From IMG/VR virus record IMGVR_UViG_3300012573_000004: a stretch of DNA of 64,000 bases; one strand, written 5' to 3'. The stretch comes from a virus. Lineage: Duplodnaviria > Heunggongvirae > Uroviricota > Caudoviricetes. Positions 1 to 9,546 of this stretch are shown here, piece after piece. Position 1 is the first letter of the stretch; every line of letters begins with the position of its first letter. The position numbers and the translations under genes are program-made. Below the pieces are notes generated by a model. It worked only from the letters and a program-made list of their open reading frames with translations. It had not been told where the DNA came from and ran no database searches.

Positions 1-50
1 TAATAGTTAAAAAACATACAAAATACTACATAGGAGGTTGTATCTATCTT

Positions 51-935
51 ATGGATTTTTTACGTCACATATGGTGGGTGATAAACCACAATCCAATAAT
101 CATTGGTCTATGGTGGTTTGTCATGATCGTCATAGCAGGGGTGCTTATCACCAGAATGCTCAATATGTTGCAGAAAATATTGATTAAGTTCTATAGCATT
201 ACCATTTCTGATTCACAATGGAATATCACCCTTGTACAAGCAGTGGTGTGGCTGGCAAAAGTGATGACATGGATTATCATTATTGCCATGATTGCATCTA
301 GAGTTGGTATTCCTGCAGGACTTATTGCAGCTATGGGAACCATTATTGGTGCAGCATTAGGCTTTGGTTCTCAAGAAACAGTAAGAGATGTAGTCAAGGG
401 AAGTATCCATCTTCTAGAAAAGCAGTTTTCTGTAGGAGACTATATTGGACTTAATGTTTCAGGTGCAGAACATGAAGGTGTAGTCAAAGATGTATCTTTG
501 AGAACTTTAACTCTAGCTACAGAAGAATATGGTGTAGTTACTATTCCACAAGGAAATATCACTTTAATCCAAAACTACTCTAGAAACGTTGGCGAATTTG
601 TAGTGCGTCTTCCTTTTGACACTTCTACTCCAGTATCACCTATCATTGCACTTACAGAAGAAGTGGTAGAAGATATTCACACAGAAGAGCACAGTGTTGT
701 TGAAAAATACATCACAGAAGATGATATTAAAGATCTCACCACTATCACTAGTGCAACAGTGAGAGGAGTATCTAGTGTAGAAGATGGAAAGATTGTCATC
801 CAGGTAAAAGGAGAGTCTATTCCAGGTTCTCAGTTTGCAGCAAAAAGAGCATTACTTAAAGCTATTGCAGGACATCTAGAAGAAAATGATGTTCAGTTCT
901 ACTCTATCCACCTTCCAGCAAGACAGGAGGTATAA
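51..935 (+). CDS. mscS: Mechanosensitive channel, MscS family
   Basis: Three N-terminal TM segments, then G..GAALGFGSQE.V.D and F.VGD.I...G.V..V.LR.. motifs typical of MscS; AGGAGG upstream. Confidence 0.85.
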   Translation: MDFLRHIWWVINHNPIIIGLWWFVMIVIAGVLITRMLNMLQKILIKFYSITISDSQWNITLVQAVVWLAKVMTWIIIIAMIASRVGIPAGLIAAMGTIIGAALGFGSQETVRDVVKGSIHLLEKQFSVGDYIGLNVSGAEHEGVVKDVSLRTLTLATEEYGVVTIPQGNITLIQNYSRNVGEFVVRLPFDTSTPVSPIIALTEEVVEDIHTEEHSVVEKYITEDDIKDLTTITSATVRGVSSVEDGKIVIQVKGESIPGSQFAAKRALLKAIAGHLEENDVQFYSIHLPARQEV

Positions 936-938
936 TAT

Positions 939-1493
939 ATGTCTTACATTACAAAGATTATTGAAACATTAGGTGGATGGAAAAAAGCATGGTCATTGGT
1001 AAAACCATCTACCTCTACAACCGTTATGGCCATTGTGCTTTTCATCTTGGTGATATTTTTTCCAGAAAATCAGTGGCAATCACAAGGAGATAAAGATGAA
1101 GCATCTCATCCACTTTTCAATCAAACTCAACAGGTAGAAGAAACTGAGACCTCTTCCACACCTCAGGAAACTACCACCACTGAAGTAGAAGATGACACTA
1201 ACAATGAAGAAGACACAGATACTTCTGTGCAAGATACTCCACCTACTAGTGAAGTAGGAAATGATGACTCTTATAATGATCAAGGAAGCAATGAATCTTA
1301 CGCTCCACAACCATCACAACAGGAATCAGCACACAACACCCCTGGTAGCACACAAGGTGTAGATGATACAACAGATGGATATAGTGGTTATAACAATAGA
1401 CAGGATGCACCTTCCCAAGATCAAGAACCTGCACCTGAAGAAGATGCAGGTGTGCAAAACTATAATGGAGAAGAAAACAACATTCAGCAGTAA
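939..1493 (+). CDS. Membrane-anchored acidic low-complexity (T/S/E/D/Q) protein
   Basis: One N-terminal hydrophobic helix, then a long disordered acidic tail; AGGAGG RBS; follows mscS directly. Confidence 0.7.
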   Translation: MSYITKIIETLGGWKKAWSLVKPSTSTTVMAIVLFILVIFFPENQWQSQGDKDEASHPLFNQTQQVEETETSSTPQETTTTEVEDDTNNEEDTDTSVQDTPPTSEVGNDDSYNDQGSNESYAPQPSQQESAHNTPGSTQGVDDTTDGYSGYNNRQDAPSQDQEPAPEEDAGVQNYNGEENNIQQ

Positions 1494-1523
1494 ATAGATT
1501 CTTGTCCCTTTTTTCACACAAGA

Positions 1524-1564
1524 AAACTCCTCTTGATGACTTTTAAAAAGTCCAGGAGGAGTTT
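1524..1564 (+). terminator. Intrinsic terminator hairpin
   Basis: AAACTCCT...AGGAGTTT inverted repeat after the mscS operon. Confidence 0.6.
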
Positions 1565-1654
1565 GTTGCTTTTGGGGCGAAAACACCACTTTGCTATGAT
1601 TTTTATCAACAACAAGAAAAACTTTTTCAAACCACATACAAGGAAATATCTACC

Positions 1655-2578
1655 ATGACAGAAAACAAAGAAGTGATCTCGTCTCCTGATAACACAAACT
1701 GTCCTGATATCTATCTAGCTAGCTCTAATGAGGTCATCAGCAATCTCATTATGAATAATGATAATCAAGAAATATCCTTCTTTCCCACTACCTTTCAAGG
1801 TCTTTCCTATATTGATGATCTGGTAAGAGAGTATAAAAGAAATGGCATTTCTTTTAAAAACAAAACATCAAGAACAATGTCTATTGCTGCTTTCAAGGTT
1901 GCACGTGTTGTAGTTAGTGTGGTAGCTCTTATTCTCTTTGTAGCTGCAGTTGTGTGTGTAGAACTATTATTTTTCCATCACTTCTCCTACAGTCCTACTA
2001 GATTGGGTGAGTTTGTTATAGGTCTTAGCATTGGTTCTTTGATGATTTATCTTGCCATGAAATCAATGGGAAGTATCAATGATATAGAGATGAAAATAGA
2101 AGACAGTATCACTGGAAAGAAAAAGCTCTTTTCTACAGAAGAGAAAAAGACATTAGATTCTATTGAGGTTATTGATCTTGGTGCAACCATCAATGGTGAT
2201 GTAGGAAAGATTCACTATTCTTTTCTCAACTCTGTGAAAGATATTTTTGTCTTAGATAAAGATACTTTGCAATATATTGATCTTTTTCCTGTAGAACAAC
2301 AGTATGATAAATACATGTCCCTTTATAGTTTCCTGATTGCTAATCAACATTCCATCTCACAAGATTTGTTGGAAAAATACATAAATCAGCTAGAAGATAC
2401 AGCAGAAAAGTTTAATCTAGAAGTACAAGATGTCTTAGATTTAGCAGAAAAGTATGAAAAAGACATTGAGAAAGCACAACTAGAGAAAAAGCAGCTGAAA
2501 CAGAAGATGATTGATGAAGATGCTCAAAGAACTGTGCCTGTAGAAGAAGATGGTCTTTTTGGATTGAAAGAAAGATGA
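1655..2578 (+). CDS. Hypothetical two-TM membrane protein, family A
   Basis: Two TM helices, YDKYMSLYSFLIAN motif, C-terminal coiled coil ending DEDAQRTVPVEED; close paralog of 41114-42007. Confidence 0.8.
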   Translation: MTENKEVISSPDNTNCPDIYLASSNEVISNLIMNNDNQEISFFPTTFQGLSYIDDLVREYKRNGISFKNKTSRTMSIAAFKVARVVVSVVALILFVAAVVCVELLFFHHFSYSPTRLGEFVIGLSIGSLMIYLAMKSMGSINDIEMKIEDSITGKKKLFSTEEKKTLDSIEVIDLGATINGDVGKIHYSFLNSVKDIFVLDKDTLQYIDLFPVEQQYDKYMSLYSFLIANQHSISQDLLEKYINQLEDTAEKFNLEVQDVLDLAEKYEKDIEKAQLEKKQLKQKMIDEDAQRTVPVEEDGLFGLKER

Positions 2579-2595
2579 AATGTTAGGAGAAAAAG

Positions 2596-3498
2596 ATGAC
2601 ACTAGAAACAACACGAATTAACAACTCTCCCAGCATAGAAAACTGTGATTCTTTGATAGATTACTCTGATGATAGATTTATCTTCCAGTGGTTTTTTAAT
2701 AAGGAAAAAGAAAACCCTACTATATATCCCCGAGAGCTGAAAGATGTCATCTTCATCAATAATATATCTCGCAGGAGGGAAAAAATAGAGAAGCAGTATG
2801 GATTGTTCTCTGAGATTGAAGAAATAGAAAAATCTTTCCTATTGTGCAAAACAGTTTTATCAATAGCACTTACCCTAACAATGTTTTTGTTACTTGTTAT
2901 TGTATCTCATACTTTTATTCCAGAAGACTTTTCTCCATGGCACTGGTTAGTAGAGCACAACCTTTCTGTTAGCTTACCTTTTCTTATCTCCTTGTCTACT
3001 ACTATTTTTCTTCTTCCTATTGAACAGTGGTCTAAACACATTGATAAAAGCATTTTAATGCAATCTGGTGGGAAGGAAATGAGAAGGATAAAAAATATCA
3101 CCTTGGTGGATTTTTCTTTCACTATAAATCAAGAAGTAGATAGTATCAATCAACAGTTCTCTAGAACAATGGGAGAACTGTTGTCTTTGAAAGACAATGC
3201 ACTATCTCACTCAGGATGGGAATGTCTTTTCCCTTATTATGATAGATATATGTCCCTTTATATTTTCTTATCAGCAAACAGGAGTTCTATATCCTCTTCC
3301 CTCATGGATGAATATAGCAAGAAGTTAAATGGCAGGTACAAAGAGTTTTATCAGGCTGCACAAGATGTCATTGCTAATGGAAGAAAATATCAAAAAGACA
3401 TTGATGTAGAAAGAGACAATGCAAGACAGCTTGAGCAAAAGATGCTAGATGATGATGCATTGAGATCTATCCCATTGGAAGAAGATGGTCTTTTCTAG
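2596..3498 (+). CDS. Hypothetical two-TM membrane protein, family A
   Basis: YDRYMSLYIFLSAN and DDDALRSIPLEED shared with 1655-2578; AGGAG RBS. Confidence 0.8.
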   Translation: MTLETTRINNSPSIENCDSLIDYSDDRFIFQWFFNKEKENPTIYPRELKDVIFINNISRRREKIEKQYGLFSEIEEIEKSFLLCKTVLSIALTLTMFLLLVIVSHTFIPEDFSPWHWLVEHNLSVSLPFLISLSTTIFLLPIEQWSKHIDKSILMQSGGKEMRRIKNITLVDFSFTINQEVDSINQQFSRTMGELLSLKDNALSHSGWECLFPYYDRYMSLYIFLSANRSSISSSLMDEYSKKLNGRYKEFYQAAQDVIANGRKYQKDIDVERDNARQLEQKMLDDDALRSIPLEEDGLF

Positions 3499-3599
3499 AA
3501 GATGTCTTTTTCTTCTTGTTGTTTTATGTCCCTTTTTTTGGGATTAAAAAGAATATCCTTTCTTCCCTTGAAGCACTTAAAGGAAGAAAGGATATTTTC

Positions 3600-3920
3600 T
3601 TATGCTATTGATTCTGGGGTGCCATCCTCATTCAAGGTGATAACCAAACGCTTCTTATTAAGCATCTTGTACTGGAATTTTACCCTGTAGCTACTTAGTG
3701 GCATTTTCATAATGTTATAGTTGCCAGCAAGATCCTGAGGTGGGGTGTTGTTGCCATCCTTCTTCTTGATGCAGTACCAACGGATTCCCTGGTTATCTAC
3801 TGCATAGATATGGCCACGTCTATGGGGTGCATTGTCATTGATGCTTTGGAAGATGTTGAGGTACTTCTTTCCACTCTTGCTTAGCTGAACGGTTCCCAGT
3901 TGAATGTCCTTGTTGTTCAT
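3600..3920 (-). CDS. Hypothetical basic protein
   Basis: Start reassigned to MNNKDIQ, downstream of the AAGGA RBS and conserved promoter module. Confidence 0.7.
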   Translation of the reverse strand: MNNKDIQLGTVQLSKSGKKYLNIFQSINDNAPHRRGHIYAVDNQGIRWYCIKKKDGNNTPPQDLAGNYNIMKMPLSSYRVKFQYKMLNKKRLVITLNEDGTPESIA

Positions 3921-3925
3921 GATTT

Positions 3926-4027
3926 TTTCCTTTGATGGTGTGGTGTTTTCCTCTTGAACACCTATTACTTTAGTAGGTGTCTGGATAATGGTCAAGTTGT
4001 CTGAGGGTGAATCACCCCTATATGGGT
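3926..4027 (-). promoter_or_regulatory. Conserved promoter module
   Basis: ACCCATATAGGGGT box, TTGACC-17bp-TAAAGT, GTTCAAGAGGAAAACACCAC leader. Confidence 0.8.
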
Positions 4028-4086
4028 GTATGGAGACAAAAGGGTAGAATATTGCAGTCTTTCAACTTGTGTCCCTTTTACCCCAT

Positions 4087-4200
4087 CCCCCATTCAGGGG
4101 TACTCCTACCCCCTTCCACTTGACCTCCTACCAACAACCCTATAAAGTAATAAGTGTTCAAAGGAAAACAACAAATACATCTTTTTAGAAAGGAAAAAAC
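4087..4200 (+). promoter_or_regulatory. Conserved promoter module, divergent partner of 3926-4027
   Basis: CCCCATTCAGGGGT box, TTGACC (4120-4125)-17bp-TAAAGT (4143-4148), GTTCAAAGGAAAACA leader. Confidence 0.8.
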
Positions 4201-4201
4201 A

Positions 4202-4627
4202 ATGTACACCACTTTGGATACTAAGGAAGAATTTTGCCTGGCAGTAAGCAATGTCATGAGATGCAAGCTTGAAGATTATATGCGCATCAAGCTCACTAAG
4301 AAGGATATGTCTATTCTTTTCAGTGAAGCAAATAGTGTGTCTTTTCCAGAAAACTTCCCTCCTGTGACATCTACTAAAAATGTCATTGATGATGTTTTGT
4401 GGACGTGCCAGGATGTTGTGAGCTGGATCTCTTTTGATATCTTAGAGCACAACTACCACAACAATGACTACGAACTTTTACAGGCTAAAGAAGATGAATC
4501 TCCTCTAGAAACTGTTTTCAGGTCTATGTCTGCTGCTGTAGTAGAAGATATCTCTTCTGCTTTGCAGAAAGAGATTGAAGCCAAAACTGGCCGCAATCCA
4601 CTGAAAGATCCTTGGGTCCTGAAGTAG
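4202..4627 (+). CDS. Hypothetical protein
   Basis: Start reassigned to MYTTLD after AAAGGA RBS; followed by terminator. Confidence 0.7.
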   Translation: MYTTLDTKEEFCLAVSNVMRCKLEDYMRIKLTKKDMSILFSEANSVSFPENFPPVTSTKNVIDDVLWTCQDVVSWISFDILEHNYHNNDYELLQAKEDESPLETVFRSMSAAVVEDISSALQKEIEAKTGRNPLKDPWVLK

Positions 4628-4639
4628 AAAAACATAAAC

Positions 4640-4671
4640 ACCCTGTAGAAGGATATATTCTTCTACAGGGT
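4640..4671. terminator. Bidirectional terminator between convergent genes
   Basis: ACCCTGTAGAAG-GATATATT-CTTCTACAGGGT perfect hairpin. Confidence 0.75.
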
Positions 4672-4682
4672 ATTTTTCTTTG

Positions 4683-4982
4683 TTATAAAATAACCTTGCT
4701 GTTAGACAAAGCTACTTCTTCTTGGGTGATATCAGTAAACTCCAATCCACAATGGCGCAATACCTTATCCAACCCAGCAGATTCCTTGATATATAGGCTA
4801 TAGCTGTTGTTTTTATCTAGAGCAAAACAATACCCATGATCATCCCAGCACCGTTGTGCATCTTTGCCTTTGCACAGTTGCATAGCATGTCCATAGGAAA
4901 TATTATCTCCCAAACCTTGAATAATATAGATAGTTTTATTGTTGATAGTTTCTTCTTCTACAAAGAAGATATCTTGCATCAC
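4683..4982 (-). CDS. Hypothetical protein, family M
   Basis: W...GY...D and L..HG/CG..F pattern shared with 50410-50685. Confidence 0.65.
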   Translation of the reverse strand: MMQDIFFVEEETINNKTIYIIQGLGDNISYGHAMQLCKGKDAQRCWDDHGYCFALDKNNSYSLYIKESAGLDKVLRHCGLEFTDITQEEVALSNSKVIL

Positions 4983-5094
4983 AGTTTTCTTTCCTTCTTG
5001 AGAAATCGTCTTTTAAGTGGTGTGTTTTAACACCTAGATATCTTAGCATAGATAGATACCCAGGTGCTAAAAACCACTACAGAAGAAGCATTCA

Positions 5095-5601
5095 TTATGC
5101 AGCATTGACAGTCCAGCTTACTTCACCTGTAGAAGTGATCATCTTTTTCTGCACGAAATCATTTCGCCACATTTCACCATTGTCTGCTTGCCACTCAATA
5201 AAGGATCCAGACTTGACATAAGGTGCTAGAGCTTCCACAAATACCTCTTCATCTCCACCATGATCACTTTCAAAGGAAAGGATATGAACGTCTCCTTCTA
5301 GATCTTTCTCCACTGAAAAGTTCAACAGTTCTAGGACTTCCTCCACAGTTTCACATACCTCATCATAATTCCAAGGCATATTGATAAAACGCACAGAAGG
5401 ATCTTCTGCTAGGGAAGTGGAGTTTTCTGGCTTGATAAGCTTCCTTGAAGAAAAGATACATCCACTTTTGAGATCATCATAAGCATTAAGATTGCACAAT
5501 GCTTGAAAAGCATCCTGAGTGTTTTTAGCAGGAATGGTCAAATCAACATCCATGGTTTTTAGTGCAATGTCAGTGTCCATGAGATTTAGCTTGTTGTACA
5601 T
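5095..5601 (-). CDS. Hypothetical acidic protein, family B
   Basis: LC.LN..D.LK.G, WNYDE.C and GDE..F...LAP.V..GS.IEW motifs shared with 35671, 38039, 62100, 62731. Confidence 0.8.
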   Translation of the reverse strand: MYNKLNLMDTDIALKTMDVDLTIPAKNTQDAFQALCNLNAYDDLKSGCIFSSRKLIKPENSTSLAEDPSVRFINMPWNYDEVCETVEEVLELLNFSVEKDLEGDVHILSFESDHGGDEEVFVEALAPYVKSGSFIEWQADNGEMWRNDFVQKKMITSTGEVSWTVNAA

Positions 5602-5795
5602 GATAGTTTTCTCTCCTTTTTGATGGGGTGAAAGATATGATCTTGTGTTTGTCTTTTATTGTACTTTATCTCTAGAGGTATGTCTAGAGATAAAGTGAAA
5701 AAATGCACTCTCAACTGGAAAAACACAAAAACATGAATAAAAACTTGCTTTCTTTTTTAGATGGTGCTAAACTAGCTTGTGTCAAAGACAATAAA

Positions 5796-5867
5796 GCCCC
5801 TATAGCTTAGTTGGTAGAGCAACGGACTCTTAATCCGTGGACGCAGGCTCGATTCCTGCTGGGGGCA
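5796..5867 (+). tRNA. tRNA-Lys(CTT)
   Basis: Cloverleaf GCCCCTA/TGGGGGC, anticodon arm ACGGA-CTCTTAA-TCCGT; T-loop CTCGATT is atypical; CCA not encoded. Confidence 0.88.
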
Positions 5868-5905
5868 CTTGTTTAGATGGGGAAAACCTATCTAGATAAT
5901 CTTTT

Positions 5906-5978
5906 GCGCTTATAGCTCAGTGGATAGAGCACTTCTCTCCTAAAGAAGGTGTCGCAGGTTCAAATCCTGCTAAGCGCG
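5906..5978 (+). tRNA. tRNA-Arg(CCT)
   Basis: GCGCTTA/TAAGCGC acceptor stem, CTTCT-CTCCTAA-AGAAG anticodon arm, GGTTCAAATCC T-arm. Confidence 0.93.
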
Positions 5979-6195
5979 CAGTCATAACAACCCTCCTATA
6001 TGCTCTATATGGGCATATGAGAGGTTGTTTTTCTATTATGGTACAACTTTACCCAAAAGATCTATCATCCTCTTAGAATCAAAAATACAACTGATTATAC
6101 CATCTAAAAAAACTACCATTGCTTTGCAAATCATTTATTATCCAGTATAGTTCTTTTATGTATGTAACTACCAATCAAACTATCAAGGAAAAAGA

Positions 6196-6906
6196 ATGTC
6201 TCTTATTGAAACTGCTAAAGTAGAAAAAGCTCTTGCTCTTTGCCAAGATGCTGAATATGAAGTACAACACCTCAACAAGGCCAAAAATGAAGAAATGAAA
6301 ATCATTTCTGAAAAGTATGATCAATCTATCAATGAAGCTTTCTGCAACTACAAGGAGAAAAACTACATTCTACAAAAAGAAGTAGCTACAGTTATATCCA
6401 ACAACTCTCTTGACTGGTTTTCTGATCCTGACTTTTTCCACCTTGCAGTAGAGTTGTTTGAAAAAGAACACATAAGAGCTTTGCTTGGTAAAGATGATGA
6501 CCTTCCTATTGCACAGGCTATTGCAAAAACAGAACTGTTTTCCCATGATCTTGCTTCTGGATCTATCATTCCAAGTTTTGTTGCATTGGACACTACAAAA
6601 ATCCCTGCTCCTGCTATTGTTATCCCTTCTTGTGCTAGCGAAGATCAGTTAAATGATTTAGAAGATATGCTGGGTAAATATATTGATGCTGCACAACAGT
6701 ATGCTTATACCATTTCACAAGGAGAAAGCTATTTTGCTGAAGTCCCTGTGAAAAATAGCAAAGATGGAGACACGGTAGGCACACTATATTCTCATCATCC
6801 TAAGAAGTTTGAGATTTCCTATTCAACTGATGATAGTGATGAGGAAGAAAAAGAATACAGCCTTCTTCAGGCATTAGAGGAAATACAAAAGCATTCTCTT
6901 TGCTAA
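6196..6906 (+). CDS. Hypothetical protein, distant member of family D
   Basis: N-terminal coiled coil; ASEDQLNDLE and SLLQALEEI resemble ASESDDKLEKL and SLLEALKEV of 11694 and 12543. Confidence 0.7.
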   Translation: MSLIETAKVEKALALCQDAEYEVQHLNKAKNEEMKIISEKYDQSINEAFCNYKEKNYILQKEVATVISNNSLDWFSDPDFFHLAVELFEKEHIRALLGKDDDLPIAQAIAKTELFSHDLASGSIIPSFVALDTTKIPAPAIVIPSCASEDQLNDLEDMLGKYIDAAQQYAYTISQGESYFAEVPVKNSKDGDTVGTLYSHHPKKFEISYSTDDSDEEEKEYSLLQALEEIQKHSLC

Positions 6907-7002
6907 GGAAGATAGGAAAAAGTGCAGTTTTTAAGGTAAGATTCCTTTTCAACTGCACTTTTTGCGTGGGGTGTGATTTTGTGTCCCCTTTTTTATACTC
7001 TT

Positions 7003-8187
7003 CTACTTATTTCCTTTAACTCTATTGTGTCTCCTGCACAACATAGTACAGTTGTCTTCAGTAGAAGATCCACCTTTACTCCATGCTGTTACATGATCTG
7101 CTTCCATAGATTTAAAACTGTGGATTTTTGTCTTTTCTGATTCTTTAGAACTTAAAGCACAATCAGGACAGTTGGATACACCTTTCTCCTGTGCGGCATC
7201 AGTTTGCTCTTTGTACACCTTCCTTTTTGTAGGCTCATCAAAAAGTCTTACATCAAGAAGCTGAGTATTTGATTTACCACTTAAAATGTATTCATAGATG
7301 TTCTTTTTAGCTCTAACAGCTGGATCAGCAAAAAGTTCATCTACCTCTTCTTGTGATTTCTCACCATCATAAGGATCTTTACCCCATTGCTCATAAAATC
7401 CTCCCCAGTCAAGACCTTTCATTTGTGGTTGTGGCACTCCAGGAAAACGAGAAGACACCCAATCAATAACGGTAGAAAAATAACTCTTTAGATCATCAAT
7501 ATCATCATCTTGACGGTGAGATGACATATACCCTTCAATAGATACATCTTTGCTTTCAGCAATCCATTTCAACGCAGTTTTCAACACCTCTTGACGTGCA
7601 GGATCACCTTTAACATAACAACCCCATTTATTTTGCCTAGGATCAGAAGACTTAGAAAACTCTTCTTTTGCTTTGGTGACAAAAGAACCAGAATAAATAG
7701 CATTCCTTAACTCTTGATCATTGAGTGGAATATTAGAAATATTGATAGTTTTAAACCACTCTTTAATCTCTTTTTCCGAACCTGTACACACATACACCAA
7801 CAACTTGGTATCTAAAATAAGCTCTTGTTGATCTTGTGGAAGAGAAGAAAATGTTTGCTCTCCATAATCAGTGTGAATAGCAAAACGTCCAGTGACAAAC
7901 CTTCCAATGGAGGTAATCCTTTGTTGTCCATCTAGCACTTCAAGACGATCATCACCATTGTCATCTTGTCCTACAGAAAAATAAATAAGACCTAGAGGAT
8001 ACTGTTTAAGAATAGAATGAATAACAGCTTCATCTTTTCCACCTGAGTTATAGATATAGTTGCGTTGATATTCTGGTTGGATAACAAGCTTTCCAGAAAG
8101 ACCATAAAGACCTTTTCCTTCATACTCATTATAAGTGAAATCTTTAGTTATCTCTTTAATGGAATAGGTTTTCAACTCTGTTTTCAT
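7003..8187 (-). CDS. DUF262 (GmrSD/ParB-like) domain plus C-terminal HNH endonuclease
   Basis: [14 protein letters not shown] and F..IN motifs of DUF262; C-terminal CPDC...[12 protein letters not shown]...[13 protein letters not shown] motif. Confidence 0.88.
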   Translation of the reverse strand: MKTELKTYSIKEITKDFTYNEYEGKGLYGLSGKLVIQPEYQRNYIYNSGGKDEAVIHSILKQYPLGLIYFSVGQDDNGDDRLEVLDGQQRITSIGRFVTGRFAIHTDYGEQTFSSLPQDQQELILDTKLLVYVCTGSEKEIKEWFKTINISNIPLNDQELRNAIYSGSFVTKAKEEFSKSSDPRQNKWGCYVKGDPARQEVLKTALKWIAESKDVSIEGYMSSHRQDDDIDDLKSYFSTVIDWVSSRFPGVPQPQMKGLDWGGFYEQWGKDPYDGEKSQEEVDELFADPAVRAKKNIYEYILSGKSNTQLLDVRLFDEPTKRKVYKEQTDAAQEKGVSNCPDCALSSKESEKTKIHSFKSMEADHVTAWSKGGSSTEDNCTMLCRRHNRVKGNK

Positions 8188-8189
8188 AG

Positions 8190-9332
8190 TTATTTCTCCT
8201 TTGGGTTAGGTAGTTTGTGTTGGATGAGGATGCGAGGGTAGGTGTTGCGCGGGGTGCCATCTTTGATAATCACTGGTCCGGCGTTTAAGTCTGAATAGTT
8301 TGCATATTCTTCCTTTCTATAAACCTTGGTCTTAAGGGCTGGGTCACCTGCTCCACGTTTAGCTATCCCCACAATCTCAAACTGTTCTGGGCTGTATTTG
8401 TCCAAAAAGCTGATGGGAACTCCCATGATCCCTTCATAATCACTTGGTATCCCTGCTGTTACAGGAACTTCAATAGCATCATAGTTATCATACTTTTTAT
8501 AAGCATTAGGATTTTTCATAATCCTCTTGTTGAATCTTAGATTATCTTCCATAGACATCAAAGGAATAGGTTGATGTCTTTTACCATGTTGAATATTGGA
8601 AAACCAGCAGGTATTACCCATATTCTGATAACGCTTTCCATTTTCTTCATATTGTGATTTTAGGATTTCACCTATAAGTGGAACTTCATATTTCATTGAT
8701 TTAATACCACCAGATCCAACCCACATTTTATTATCCTTAATCAAAGGAAATATCTCTTTGTAAGTAATAGCATTCATGCTACCAATGATGGAATACTCCA
8801 CCTCACCTTCTTCCAGCCAAGCTACAAACTCTCTAAACAAAGAAAATGGTGGATTGGTAATGACCATATCAGCTTCATCTCTTAAAGCTGTGATTTCTTC
8901 ACTTCTGAAATCACCATCACCTTCTAGATACTCCCAGGTGAAATCTTCAATATTTACTCTTCCATCTTGATTGACATCTTGGCCATCAAGAACAAAGATC
9001 TTCCCCCTCTCAAAGTCTTTGTCCTTGTCAAACTTATCTTCAAAGAACAAAGACTCACGAGGAATATAAAATGCACCATTCATATTAGACTTAGGCGCAT
9101 AAGAAGTGCTGATAAGTTTCTTTATCCCGTAGTCCTGAAAACGCAATGCAAAGTATTTGGTGAAGTTACTCCATTCAGGATCATCACAGGGAAGCAAAAT
9201 AGTTTTATCCCTAAACACATCAGGGTTATAGTCAAGATAAGCATTCATCTCTTTTTCAATATCAACCCATTGGGTATAAAACTCATCTTGTTTAGCTCTT
9301 TTAGCGTTATGTAGATTGCTATTTTTTGACAT
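8190..9332 (-). CDS. Adenine-specific DNA methyltransferase, EcoRI family
   Basis: [36 protein letters not shown] and [13 protein letters not shown] motifs. Confidence 0.88.
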   Translation of the reverse strand: MSKNSNLHNAKRAKQDEFYTQWVDIEKEMNAYLDYNPDVFRDKTILLPCDDPEWSNFTKYFALRFQDYGIKKLISTSYAPKSNMNGAFYIPRESLFFEDKFDKDKDFERGKIFVLDGQDVNQDGRVNIEDFTWEYLEGDGDFRSEEITALRDEADMVITNPPFSLFREFVAWLEEGEVEYSIIGSMNAITYKEIFPLIKDNKMWVGSGGIKSMKYEVPLIGEILKSQYEENGKRYQNMGNTCWFSNIQHGKRHQPIPLMSMEDNLRFNKRIMKNPNAYKKYDNYDAIEVPVTAGIPSDYEGIMGVPISFLDKYSPEQFEIVGIAKRGAGDPALKTKVYRKEEYANYSDLNAGPVIIKDGTPRNTYPRILIQHKLPNPKEK

Positions 9333-9546
9333 TTAAACATCTTTCCTTTTTAAGCATATAGAAACTACTCTAGTTGATTCAACTATACAGTATTTGCACA
9401 GAAATATAACAAAGTGCCTTTGCTCACTTTCATGTCCCTTTCCCACATAACACAACCTTACTTGATTCCTTTGTTATCTTCTTCTATAATGAGAACTATA
9501 AAAGAAAAACAAGTACATCACTTAAACAAAGAAAGTTATCTTACAC

